DNA of 64,000 nucleotides. Source: Octopus vulgaris (lineage: Eukaryota). Positions within the stretch are counted from its first letter, which is position 1, and every line of letters begins with the position of its first letter. The notes below the pieces were generated by a model, which made no database searches, was not told the origin of the DNA, and saw only the letters and a list, made by a program, of their open reading frames with translations. Shown here one piece after another: positions 26,189 to 38,602 of the stretch. The translations under genes were made by a program, and so were the position numbers. The stretch lies in the NCBI GenBank assembly GCA_951406725.2, contig OX597818.1:77252001-77316000 (forward strand). The letters are read 5' to 3'.

Positions 26189-28354
26189 TTACATACTAGT
26201 CCAAGAATCAAAATCAAAAATACAAAAAGACAAAATATATAAATATAGTATATTTATGTTTGACATTTTAAATTTGGCTGCATGCCTGCATAAGTTCATC
26301 AGCTCACTTCTTTGATTCAAAGAATTATTGTCTTTGAATAAAATGTAGAGTTTTTCTAACAGACAAAGATTGCATTTGAAATTATTCTTGTGTGATCCAT
26401 GCCTGTATGGTGCCGCTCTGTCCAGAATGCTCCATGTCACATTGAAAGGTGGGGTTTCCTTTCCTTTTAGTTCCCAGACATATTTTGCTAGGCTGGTCCT
26501 CTTCCTATTTTCTGGATATCTAAATGAAGTTTATGCGAATAAAATCGCGTTTTAAACGAGTTTTCTGAAGCCCCTGTATATGTCTTGTATTCCAATGAGC
26601 CTTCTATTTGTACCTTCGCTCTATAAACTACTCCTTTTATTAGACATTTCCTTTCTAACGGACAGGAGGATTCATTTTTGCAATTGCATTTCTTAATGGG
26701 CTTGGCACTATGTTTAATCTCAATCAGATTCCTATTATGCTGGCTAATGTAAGAGGCGAAATTTCTGCAATAAGAATAGTTAACCTTCAGGGTTCTTCTA
26801 TTAAATATCCTATAGAATTTATGGTCCTGCTTAAAATGCCTAGAGACTAATTTCAAAAATTCCTTACTTATATTAGTCTTTACGGCCAAATTGAAAGCCG
26901 GGTTGAACCACAAAACTTTCCTGGTCCTAGTTCTTCGCGCAGCATTATTATCAGCATTAAGCTGGTTGTACTGGATCTTCTCAGAGAATTCCTTAATGCG
27001 CTATCGTAATAAGGTGCAGCATTATGGAATGCTGCCTCGTCCGAAGAAATTGAAGATATTCTTCTACCTACATTGCTGACTAAGTTCCTAAGGATAACTG
27101 GCGGATGGTTTGAATCTTTGCTAATATACGATAGCTTTTCATTGGGCTTATGGAAAGGTTTAAATCTATCCGACCTCACATTAAAATTTACGTCTAAAAA
27201 ATCTACACTATTCAGGTTAGTATCTATTGTAACCCGTAAGCCCATCCTTTGAAAGAAAGCAATAAGGTCCTTCCTAAGTCTATCTGATTCATGGGCGTTT
27301 AAATTATGGGTGGCTATAAGGCCGTCATCCTTATATAAACCTGCATCTATAAATGGGAATTCTATTTTTAGATTATGAAGAATAAAGGCTCCTACGAGCA
27401 TACATAGCTCAGCCCCGTCGTATGCCCCCATCGATACATCGAAAAGAGAATCCTCACTCTTCTTAATCCAAGAGGAATCCTCAAAAAAAAGAAGTGATTT
27501 CCTCGCATGCATAATAATATCAATTTCCGAGCTATCGATGCCAACATACTGCTTGGCGAAGTCTAATGCCCTTAGGAGTAACATCCTAGATGTTGACGGG
27601 TAAAAGTCAATAATATCGAATTGTGTAAAACTGCAATTATTCTTATAGCTAATACCTTTAAACCACTCTATGACTGACTTACTATTCTTCCGAATTCTCA
27701 AGTCTACTTCACGATCTAACTTAGTTAAAATACGGTCCAAAATATTTTTGCTAATAATGCCTATCTCAGTTTTAGCCGGATTTATCAATCTACATTTAGG
27801 GTTTCAATTAAAATTAGCTTTATGGTCTTTTAGTGTAATAAAAGCTGGTCGTGGGGAAAGATATCACTAATCTTAAGATTGTTAGCTATTCCTCTTGCTT
27901 CCAAATTAACCTCTTTGTATATATTTGTGTTATCTTTTTTGTATGTGTCTGTGACACTATTCGAAATCAGGTGCTTATAAACGTCCTTATCAAGTGCATA
28001 TAAGTTCCTTGTCTTATCAGAATTAACGAAGATCTTATTCGAGTTGTTAATCTCCTTAATTTTTTCTTTCATATTTCTTTGTAATTGGTTGCTATATTTG
28101 CGGAATTTAATTTTCCTAATAAGTTCGAAAAGGTCTTACTCGAAGGCTTCTAATTCCGGAATAGGTGGTGGATTTCTGGGAGATTTAAGTCCATATTTGT
28201 TTCCGTCGGTTTTCTGTTCAGTATCAAAGAAGAAGGCTTTCCATCTCAATCTTCGAACAAACTCTTCCGTTTTCTCTATAAGACCTTTGAGATATTGCTT
28301 CCGTGCAGGGATAGGTATATTTTTCTGAGAAAAATCCAGCGGGTAAAGTTCCAT
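26189..28354 (-). pseudogene. Naiad-type PLE polyprotein (N-terminus, RT, Cys linker, GIY-YIG endonuclease), disrupted
   Basis: KNIPIP..RRLRWKAFFF; TLKDHK..CRLINPAK; FDIIDFYPS; MGAYDGAELC; GLYKDDGL; DFLDV; SNHPP; WFNP; CNCx5CPLxxxC; VVYRAKV..YTG..FKTRF; CNLCLLEK..LNQRSE..CRH. Stops at 28136-28138 and 27804-27806; frameshifts near 27860, 26985 and 26530. Confidence 0.92.
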
Positions 28355-28519
28355 CTTTTTCAGCTGTTTGTTCTTCCTACTTGTGCAGAGTCGCTCAAAC
28401 TTTTATAAGGAGCGGGTTACACCGGAGTAAACACATAAATGTGAAACAAGGTGGAAAAAGAGTACTCAAATACCAGTGGTAGAGTAATATGCTTTATTTA
28501 AAGCAGCAGAAAATTCAAC

Positions 28520-28566
28520 AAAACCTGTTACTCTGAGTTTCCCGTTGCCGTTCATTGGACAGTTTT
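28520..28566 (-). ncRNA. Minimal hammerhead motif in 5' pLTR, core mutated (CCAAUGA)
   Basis: Same as 25029-25075 with G5 changed to A. Confidence 0.55.
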
Positions 28567-28606
28567 TGCTAGAATGGAATATATAATTGCTAGAATGGAA
28601 TATATA

Positions 28607-28671
<65 letters not shown>

Positions 28672-28802
28672 TGAGCTCATCTTTGTTTATCGCTCGAAAA
28701 TTGACCATTATTTCTAAAGGGCCAATCAAACAAGTCCATTTTTTAAAGGTGTAGCGTTTGTAATAGTCTGGATAGAATTGACATATCGGTTCCATTCTAG
28801 CA

Positions 28803-28849
28803 AAAACTGTCCGATGAACGGCAACGGGAAACTCAGAGTAACAGGTTTT
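28803..28849 (+). ncRNA. Minimal type I hammerhead motif in inverted pLTR
   Basis: aaaactgt-CCGATGA-acggcaacgg-GAAA-ctcagag-TA-acaggtttt on the plus strand. Confidence 0.7.
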
Positions 28850-29841
28850 GTTGAATTTTCTGCTGCTTTAAATAAAGCATATTACTCTACCACTGGTATT
28901 TGAGTACTCTTTTTTTCACCTTGTTTCACATTTATGTGTTTACTCCGGTATATATATATATATATAAAATTTATGAAACATAAAGTGTAATTATAAATAT
29001 TGTATTATATTATGCAGTGAGTTTTATGAAAAGAAACTATAAACCTCTCTACAATCTATAGAAGCTACACAAGCATATAGGAGGGTATATAGGTATATAA
29101 AAATTTAAGATATAAAAATAAAAATATTAAAAAATTAAATAAAAAAAACAAATAAAAGATAAAATATTTTCCTGTAAAAATTATTTTTTCAAAAGAATTT
29201 TTTTATAAAAGAATTTATAAAACAAAATATTTCATTGTGGATGATATAAAAGGTATAACAGAGATAAAAAATAAGGATAAGTCAAGATATGTATAACAAA
29301 TGCTAATTAAAAAATAAATAAAGATAAAGATACCCTTGGACATGGGTTTATAAAATAATTGTAAACTATACCAGAGACACTGATTTATGTAGAATAATAA
29401 CAGTTCTAAGGGGGTAAACTATATACTTAGGGGAGGTGCAAGATTTAGTAATCCATTGCCAATTTCTATATTATATCTATAAGGGAAGAAAATCCTAGTA
29501 CTGAAGGGGAATATATGTAATATAAATACTGAAGGAATGCAGGTTAAAATGGTTAGGGGTTTTTAGAGAGCAATACTACATATATTTCTAGATAACAGAG
29601 GGCATGTTATGAATAATATGACACCTTGGATAACTCATGTTACCAAATTATAGTATAGTATGCTTATCATTATCTGCTTCTAAAGTATTTAAATTATAGT
29701 AGGCTTAAATAGATATGCATTATTCTCTAAATTCATTCTGCCACAAATATAAAGGAACAATGTAATTATTTTGGCTTCTAGTAATGATACAAATTTATTA
29801 AAAATGGTTTATCCTTTATGTTGGAAATCTATATGGTCATC

Positions 29842-29928
29842 TGGATCTGAGGAGAGTGGTTTCTTTCAAACTGATATAATGTTTTCATTGATTGATTAAA
29901 TGGAGCTGCTTGAAACGGCTGTAATGCA
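29842..29928 (+). ncRNA. Type I hammerhead ribozyme motif, GUA triplet, stems partly decayed
   Basis: tggat-CTGAGGA-gagtggtttc...ggagctgctt-GAAA-cggctg-TA-atgca. Confidence 0.7.
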
Positions 29929-30535
29929 TTGATACCTGGATATACTTGTTACTTATTTGTATATATACATATATATATATATATACACAAACACATATAC
30001 CTGTGTGTGTGTGTGACAAATGGCAACACAATGGTGTGTGCAGTTGTACAATTATATGATATGTACTCTGGGGATCAAGAATATGAAACTCTGAATTAAT
30101 GACACACATACATTCATCCTCATCATCAATTAACATCCATTTTTCCATGCTTGTATGAGCCAGATGGAATTTTATTAAGGCAGATTTTCTTATAACCAAA
30201 TTCTCTTCCTGCTGCCAACTGTCATGTGTTTCGAAGCAGGTCATTAAATCCTAATGACCACACAAGTTTTTCCTAGAAGACTGGAAATTAACGACATCAC
30301 TTGTATGATAACGATACTTATATACAAGCATCACATGGTGTCAAGACAAGGGTAAACACAAACATACACATATATTTATTCATCTATCAATATATATATC
30401 TTTTATCGCTTATCTTTTGCTTGTTTCAGTCATTTGACTGAGGCCATGCTAGGGCGCTGCCTTAGGGAATTTTTGTCGAACAAACCGACCCCAGAACTTA
30501 TTTTTCAGGTTTAGTATTTTTTCTATCAGTTTCTT

Positions 30536-31089
30536 TTCCTGAACCGCTAAGTTACAGGGACGTAAACACACCAACACCTGTTGTCAAGAGATGGTGGAGG
30601 ACAAATACTGACACAAAGACACACACATAGATATACACACATATATCTATGTGTATATATCACATACTTTCAATGAAAATTCAAATTCGACATGATTAGA
30701 GGCTTTGTGGATGACAAAAGCAATAACAAAGAAGAGAGAAAAATTAATATTAGCATACTTATATAGTGAAGACTTTGTCACCATGAGCCAACTAAGATGA
30801 AGTGGTCATGTTGGTGGATGAAAGATGGGTGCTTGCTAAAGTAGATTTTCTCTCAGATTAAAGAAGGCAGACATAATATAGTCGGACAACAGAAGAGATT
30901 TAATGTGATCTTAAAAACCAACATAAAGAAACGTAAACATAACTGGGAAACCAATGCCAAGGACAGATAACTCTGGTGAATCATCATCTGAGAAAATCAG
31001 CAAGTACTGAAGTTAGAGGATGTGTAGAATTGGCTTTAAAAGGTACTTAATTGGCGAAAAACAATAACACACACATATATAGACTGAGT

Positions 31090-31142
<53 letters not shown>

Positions 31143-31362
31143 TGAGAGAGCGCATTAGTATTAAGTGAAAATGGTAGTTAAAATTTGTCATCCACAAAGC
31201 CTCTAATCATGTCAAATTTGAATTTTCATTGAAAGTATGTGATATATACACATAGATATATGTGTGTATATCTGTGTGTCTTTGTGTCAGTATTTGTCCT
31301 CCACCATCTCTTGACAACAGGTGTTGGTGTGTTTACGTCCCCGTAACTTAACGGTCCAGGAA
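30536..31362. repeat. Local inverted duplication, arms 30536-30718 and 31184-31362
   Basis: ~180-bp arms are near-exact reverse complements and include SINE sequence plus its flank. Confidence 0.9.
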
Positions 31363-32817
31363 TATGGAGTTGTCTCCCTTAGCGTGACAACACTATAAAG
31401 AGTGTTGCTAAAATAGATAAATTATCGTACTTTAACGTGTATAAGGAACCCACCTAATTTTGGGGGTTTAAAATTTGGAAAAAGGTTTTGTAAGGGATTA
31501 TTATACAATCCATGTATAAGAAACTCCCATATTTTTTAAAACTAATTTTTGACAAAAAAAATAAACAGTTCCTATTACATGTTAAAACACGGTATATTGT
31601 TAATTCATAGGGAGCAAGCAGAAATAGTGAGATTACAACAACATATCTATTCATTCTCAATACATTCTGGCAGATTCGAACGTGAATATCTGGTTACTCT
31701 TTCAGTTCATAATTGGTGAACATTTCTCTTTAGATAATGTGTGTTCATAACATGCATTTTACTAGTGTATGGGGAACTTTCGACCTCGTTCTGTGAGTGC
31801 CACATGAATTATTATTTGTTTGCTAGACGTCAGCAAGTATCTGTAAATATTTTGTTTGCGGACTTCTATAAACAAGATTTTATAGATTCATTGGCCTGGC
31901 GAGGTAGCTTTGATCATGAGATTACAATACCTATTTCTTTATTACCCACAAGGGGCTAAACATAGAAGGGACAAACAAAGACAGACATAGGTATTAAATC
32001 GATTACATCGACCCCAGTGCGTAACTGGTACTTAATTTATCGACCCTGAAAGGATGAAAGGCAAAGTCGACCTCGGAATGAGATTACAATACCATGGTGT
32101 CTCAAAGTTGCCTTACACCAGTGAATCACATATGCTGTGAACACATCATCTAAAGAGAGGCATTCTCTGATGATGAAAAACAACAGTGATCAAAAATACA
32201 CATTTGAATATGCTAGAACATATTAAGAATGAATAGGTAATGTTATTATTACACTGATATATATAAAGACAATGAGGTGGCAGAATTATTAGCACACCGG
32301 GAAAATTCTTTGCAGCCTTTCATCCATTCAAATTCGGTTGAGGTTGACTTTGCTGTTCATTCTTTTGGGGCCAATAAAATAAGTACTAGTGTAAAACTGG
32401 GGTCAATGTAAGCGATTTACCCCCTCTGTGAAATTGCTCTCCTTGTGTCAAAATTTGAAACAATTATTACGCAGATATTTGAAAAATGTAACTTTTAGTT
32501 CTTTATTTAGAAATTGTGAATGTCATTGATTGGTTGAAATTACCGAAATACGAGAACTTTAACGTGAAATAACTTCGTAAATATAAGTTTTTCTCAAAAA
32601 TGCTAAGAGTAAAAGATGTTTTATATGACACATTATACCAGTGTCCGAAGTTTGAAAGTGTTTAGTTACAAAAATTATTTTTTAAATCTGTAGGTCAAAA
32701 GGTAAAAATCCAGAGAATCATCATCATCATCATTACAACAGTGACATTAAAACATCTTGTTTCTCTTTCTCATACACACACATCAAGAGTTTCAAGTAGA
32801 AAACTAAAATTACTCAC

Positions 32818-32886
32818 AGGAATTTTTAAGGCTTCAAAAAAACTAATGGCCTTGCCACTGGATATCTCTTCTGTTTCCACCAAAGG
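32818..32886 (-). CDS. SLC37A2: SLC37 exon (PLVETEEISSGKAISFFEALKIP)
   Basis: ttgtAG / GTgagt, 69 nt, phase 0 to 0. AISFFxALxIP is a conserved motif. Confidence 0.92.
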
Positions 32887-35015
32887 CTACAACGGAGAAG
32901 AAAAAGAGAAACTTTATTTCATTATATGTAAACAAGATGCTTCTTAAGAATTCATTTCATAAACCACATGGTTTCATGTTTGGTCTCACTGAGTGGCATT
33001 TTGGGCAAGTGTCTTCTGCTACAGTCCCAGGCTGACCAATGCTTTGTAACTGAATTTGACAGATGGAAAATGTGTGGAGGCTCATCATGTCTGTGTGTTT
33101 GTGTTTGTTACCTCATCACTGCTTGTTAAGCAGAACTTGTTTGTTTATGACCCAATAACTCAGTAGCTTGGCAAAAGGGATCCTTGTATTGTTACTAGTG
33201 ATAAGTGATATACTTGATAGTAATTTAAAAAATTTACAGTTTGTTTTAAAAAATGATTTACCAAATATTTCAACATTAATAATTAATTCTAACAATGATT
33301 CATCATCATCATTTTAATGTTCACTTTTCCATGCTTGCATGAACTGGATGGGATTTGTTGAGACAGATTTTTTATGGCTGGGTGCCTTCACCTGTTTCTA
33401 ATTGAGGTAATATTTCTCAATGACCAGTCATGCTTTCATAGAAGATTGGAAATGAAGGACACTGCTAATGTGATAGTGACATCCGCTTACAACTATCATG
33501 CAATGTCGAAACATGGAGATGATAAAACACACACACGCATCAAGCAAATGCACCAGAATTTTGATCAGTCAGAAGCTTGTCCAAGATGCCACACAATGAG
33601 ATTGAACCTGAAACCATGTGGTTGGGAAGTAAACTTCTTATTTCTTTATTGCCCACAAGGGGCTAAACATAGAGGGGACAAACAAGGACAGACAAAGGGA
33701 TTAAGTCAATTACATCGACCCCAGTGTGTAACTGGTACTTAATTTATCAACCCTGAAAGGATGAAAGGCAAAGTCGATCTTGGTGGAATTTGAACTCAGA
33801 ACGTAGCGGCAGACAAAATACCGCTAAGCATTTCGCCCGGTGTGCTAACGTTTCTGCCTGCTTGCTGTCTTATGTGAACTTCTTACCACACAGTCAAGCC
33901 TATGGTTGCAAATTTGGGGAGGAATTAGACAACTAAATCAACACCTGTAGTTGACTGGTACTATGACTTATGCCATTGCTACAACAACAATACTAACACA
34001 AGCAGCAGTAACAACATCAACAACAGTGTCCAACCACTAGAGCTGTGACTGCAACAACAACCACAGATACACATATACCAACACTAGTAATAAAAAACAA
34101 TGGCCACAGACTATAACAACAACGGGAGCAACACTACCATCATCATCAGCAGCCGTTCAAGAATTTGGACCTGGAGATCTCCATTTCCAGCGACTTCAAG
34201 GGCCACCTCCCAGTGGTGTTGGGCATCAACGAAGAGCCCTCAGCTACAACAAGATGACCAAAGCTTTTTTTTCCCTCAAGGTCTGGGGTCTCCCGCCCCT
34301 AAGCCCTAGACCATCACCTAATCATTCTTACCCGTCTTGTTGCTTAACAACAACAACAAGCATCAGCAGCAGAATCTTCCAACCCCACAACACAATACCA
34401 CAAGGTATATCCTTCTCTTCTCCAAATCAGTTAGATATGCTGTACAATGGAGGCAACAAAGAGAAACAATGAAGAATTGTCTTTGGGAAGAAGGAGACAG
34501 AAGAAAAAAAAAAACGAGGAAACAAATCTTCCACAAAAGCTGGAAAATTTGAAGAGATTACCAATACTAACTCCACCAGTACACAAAAAACATCAACACT
34601 GCAAATAACATAACAAATATGAACACCTCATCTACATCTGAAAACAACTGCAATGCCAACAAAAAAGCATCATTAAACTACTTGGCCAGAGACACAAATG
34701 ATAATGAATGACTCATATACATTAACACAAAAATATAACACAAAATGACTACATCACAACCACAAATAAACTCCCAAAACAAAAATTAAAAAAACAAGAA
34801 ACTAAAACTAAATATTCCAACAAAATCGAAGATTTACAAGGATAATTAAAAAAAGGATATGTAAAAATTAATGAGTGGGAACACCCACAATTAACCAAAA
34901 AGATAGATTGTCTGTCTTTCTAGATGTTTAAGGTAAATGGTACTTCTCAGCCTCTTTTATCCAACATGACCTTATTCAAGATAGGGAGTGTGAATGCATG
35001 TAGCTTGGGGTCAGA

Positions 35016-35376
35016 TTGGAACAAGGTCATCAGACATAGATGTGGTGGCCATAAGCAAAACTGAATCTCTGACACATTAGGTTTGGTGTCCATTTTCAGC
35101 AGCAATGAAGTGTACATATCTTCGAGTTGGTTGGGTGAAGTTATACAGTTGTTTTCAAAAACTTCGGATCTAGCGACATGGACTATTTTCCTGGACTCAG
35201 AGAGTAAGTTGGTGGTGCTAGAGTAATTTTCTAGATCCAAAGCTTTTCAAAACAACTCCAATCAACTTGGAGATATGTACACTTTATAACTGCTGAAAAT
35301 GGGCACAAAGGCTCATGCATCAGAAATTCTGGTTTTGCTGACAGGCACCACATTTATGTCTGGTGATCCTGTTTCA
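35016..35376. repeat. Diverged inverted duplication (35016-35173 / 35231-35376) inside a decayed retroelement remnant (~34050-35625)
   Basis: cattttcagcag..aagtgtacatatct is mirrored by agatatgtacactt..ctgctgaaaatg. The remnant ends in aataaa plus (TTA)n. Confidence 0.65.
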
Positions 35377-35775
35377 TACTTTCCACTAATAGCTATTTAT
35401 ACCCTTATAGAGACAGGGTGGCCAGAATGACAGCCGAGACAAGACGCCTGCCTTAATGATCAGGGTGACCCTGGTTTTGTTGGGTTTCCACAAGTAGGTC
35501 TTGGAAGTGTGTTTAGTTTGTTATTTTACTTTTTACACACTACTTTGTTATCTCCCACTACATCATCCTGTACCTTCCCCAGTGTTTTTGTTAATTCTTA
35601 GTGGTTAATAAAGAAATTATTATTAGTAGTAGTAATGGTGGTGGTAGTAGTAGTGGGATTAGTATTATTATTCATTGTATGTTGTTAGTAAGGTAAAAGC
35701 ACAGTAAATAGGCTCATGCTATACAACATAATGGTAGAACTGATTTCAGAATAAAGTAATGGATTATATACATAC

Positions 35776-35814
35776 CTCTGTTTCTGAAGACTGAATATAT
35801 TTGTTTTGGGATTT
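35776..35814 (-). CDS. SLC37A2: Probable SLC37 loop exon (KSQNKYIQSSETE)
   Basis: ttctAG / GTatgt, 39 nt, phase 0 to 0, open frame. Lies in the non-conserved loop, so support is from splice signals only. Confidence 0.6.
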
Positions 35815-35879
35815 CTAGAATAATAATAAGGACAATAATAATAATAATTTCTAATATTTAGATAATGACAATTTCTTTT

Positions 35880-36446
35880 ATGTATGATAATAATTGACAG
35901 AGCCGACCAGTATCTACACTGGTTAATATGTCAGTGTTATAAAATCAAAAGTAGTTATAAGTATCAATCTGAAGCTGTAAATGAGGAAATAAATGTAACA
36001 ATTCTTTGGGACTTTTCTGTACAGAGACAGAACCATCAAAGCTAATAAACCAGATATTGTTATAAAAGACAAAATAATAAAATCTATTTACTTATCAAGA
36101 TGAGTAACCCTTTTGATCATAATATTGCAGCAAAGATTTTGATAAGCTCAGAAATTGAAAAAATGTGGCATCTCAAAGCAGTTACAACACCAGTAATTGT
36201 AGGAGAACTAGGAATTATCAAAAAAGAATGAAAAGTTATTCAAGAATGATCCTTAGAAAAAGTGCAAAAGGCTCTTTTAGCTGGTATGTCACATGAATTG
36301 AAAAGAACATTGTTGCTGTGAGAACGATAACTTTCCATGTAAATCATTTTTATTCTTGCATAACTTTTCCTTTATCCTAGGTGTCTGGAAGACAGTAAAA
36401 AATGAAAACAAAATTGAAGGAAGCAGAAAATAATAATAATAATAAT
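35880..36446 (+). mobile_element. 3' fragment of REL-endonuclease non-LTR retrotransposon (R4/Dong-like)
   Basis: ILWDFSVQ..DRTIKANKPDIVIKD..PFDHNIAAK..EIEKMWHLKAVTTPVIVGELGII is a PD-(D/E)xK REL domain. Flanked by TAA repeats (35819-35847, 36430-36444). Confidence 0.78.
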
Positions 36447-38169
36447 TTTGGCACAAACCCAGCAATTTTGGGAAAAGGGTAAATTGATTGCACTGACCCG
36501 AGTATTCAACTGGTACTTATTTTATCAACCCCAAAAGGATAAAAGGCAAAGTCAACCATGGCAGAATTTGAACTCATGACATGAAGGTGTATGAAATGCC
36601 ATTAAGCATTTTGCCTGGCATACTAATGATTCTGCCAGCTTGCCGCCTTTATAATAATAGCAATAAAAATTTAGAATCTATTTTCCATGCTGGCATGGGT
36701 TGGACAGTTTGACAGGATCTGGTGAGCTACAGGGCTGCATCAAACTCCTATGTCAGCTTTGGCATGGTTTTTATAGCCGGATGTCCTTTCTAATGCCAAA
36801 TAATAATATTTTATTACTAATTCTAACTGGCAGTACCTTTGGAAATTCCACACTTAATTTGAAAACTGTAAGATGGTTGGAAGTTTATAGAGAATCATGA
36901 AATATATAACTCAGTTTGAAATTGTATTTTGTTGAAATATTTGATTCTTCAGATGGTACAAAAGTCCTTATTGGTAGAATTGAATGTGCAGTCTTAGGAA
37001 ATAACATCACTGAAAGCTGTAGTCCTAGATATACACTTGTGACCTCTTCTACTTTGAGAGTTGTTATACAATCTTAACTATGGAACAAAATCTACATATA
37101 ATATTGTTCTGCCTCGGTATGATAATAATGGTAAAGATTCGGCAAATTTTAATACACTGCATTACATTCTTATTTTCATATCATAAATCTTCGTCATACA
37201 TCTCAAACTTTGTCTGTATTGCACTTTCACTTGTGGTTAACGACACACAACCTGTGTCTGATATATTGTGTGTAAGGGAGCAAATCACTCCCTCGTAGCA
37301 TAGGTGTCCAGTAACGATGAAGGGTAAAGACCCAGAAACCATGGTCTACTGGTCTTGCCGAACTGGAAAAGATGTTTTCCTGGTGTTAAAGTGTAGTAAC
37401 ATAGTTCTTTATGGAACAGCCATGTTATAGTGGCAAAAAAAACCTTACCATCTAGAATTGTTACTACTTATCTCGTTTAGAGATTTCAGAAGTAGCTACT
37501 TTGCTCCTAGTATATATATATAAAATAGAAAAATGGGACAAGAACACAAAAAATACATATATACATATATATCACCAAGTGTATAGCTAACAAGAATGAC
37601 TGTAGTCAAGGTTAAGGTAAACCCCCATGTTGGTCTGAAAATCCAAGAAACACAACATTGTTTACGTGTATGTGTTTACATTTGTACTCATTTATACTAG
37701 AGTCACGATATTCATAAGTTGGGCTTGTTGGCATTTCTCCTGCCCATAAATTACCTGCTCACTTTGTATCGTTATAGCTGTGTAGACTAAGAGATCCCCT
37801 GAAAAACAGGTAAGGGTTAACATCAGGAGGGGTATCCTGCTGTAACATATTTGTCTAAACTATGCTAGCATGAAAAAATAAATAGTAAAAATGAATGAAC
37901 TATCCTCACCATATTGTGTACAAGCATCCCTACTGTATTGTGTATGACATCATCTTTTTCAGACATAGCATACATAGGAGTACATTATTGAATGTGCCCT
38001 TTCTTTCTTTAAAACAGTAATGTGATTTGAGTAACCACATAAATGCTTCCCTGTTGGCTGTAAATTGTATATACACACATGCTAAGTAGGGAATGAAGGG
38101 AATATAAAAGATCAATGAAAATAATATCAAAATAATTAAAATGGAAAATTAGTAAAGAAATTGATTTAC

Positions 38170-38210
38170 CTCTGCATGTTCTGGAGGAGTACACTGAACA
38201 AATTCAGGTC
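38170..38210 (-). CDS. SLC37A2: SLC37 exon (RPEFVQCTPPEHAE), start of central cytoplasmic loop
   Basis: ttttAG / GTaaat, 41 nt, phase 1 to 0. Resembles SLC37A2 HPEDVDCAPP. Confidence 0.85.
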
Positions 38211-38602
38211 CTAAAATGATATTTCACAATTAGAAAATATTATCAAATTTCACAAAATGGGAATTGTCTGAAAATAAACTGCATTTTTAAACTCACAAAA
38301 CAAGGATACTTATTTCAAAGTTCTTACTCTGTAATAACTTGATATTCCTCATCATTTAATGTACATTCTTCATGCTGGCATGCTGGTGCTATTTGTCTGT
38401 TCTGATATGGTTTTTACAGCTGGATGCCCTTTGTAACACCAACCACTTTACAGCAGGTACAAGGTGCTTTAAATGTGGCACTGGCATGAGTGCATTTACA
38501 GATTATACCCTAACTCAGTAAGTAGAAACTCAACAAGTAACATTTCAGCAAGTGCCGCAAGTATTAACATAACAAGTATCTAAGTGAGTGTGTATGTGTA
38601 TA

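Larger units (their letters stand above)
25001..28949 (-). mobile_element. Penelope-like retroelement, Naiad-type, with direct and inverted pseudo-LTRs
   Basis: RT plus GIY-YIG coding region. 3' pLTR 25001-25210, 5' partial pLTR 28421-28580, inverted pLTR 28669-28949. Both ends abut (TA)n. Confidence 0.92.
24738..29953. mobile_element. Older PLE-like relic bounded by ~145-bp inverted repeats (24738-24882 / 29810-29953), each carrying a hammerhead; hosts the Naiad insertion
   Basis: The arms are reverse complements, the interior is AT-rich and non-coding, and the younger PLE sits inside between TA runs. Confidence 0.7.

Noticed and set aside
27804-27806. In-frame TGA in the Naiad RT as possible selenocysteine, since some Naiads are selenoproteins
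   Set aside because: It falls in FN*NPKCRL at a non-Cys position. The linker and nuclease cysteines are all TGC/TGT, and the copy has other stops and frameshifts.
28421-28428. Shared 8-mer accggagt near hammerheads (10001, 28421, 45565)
   Set aside because: Too short, with inconsistent orientation and distance relative to the ribozyme.
25083-28795. Twin ORFs MEPICQFYPDYY (25083 +, 28795 -) as a duplicated small gene
   Set aside because: They are antisense readings of the PLE pseudo-LTR copies running into TA repeats.
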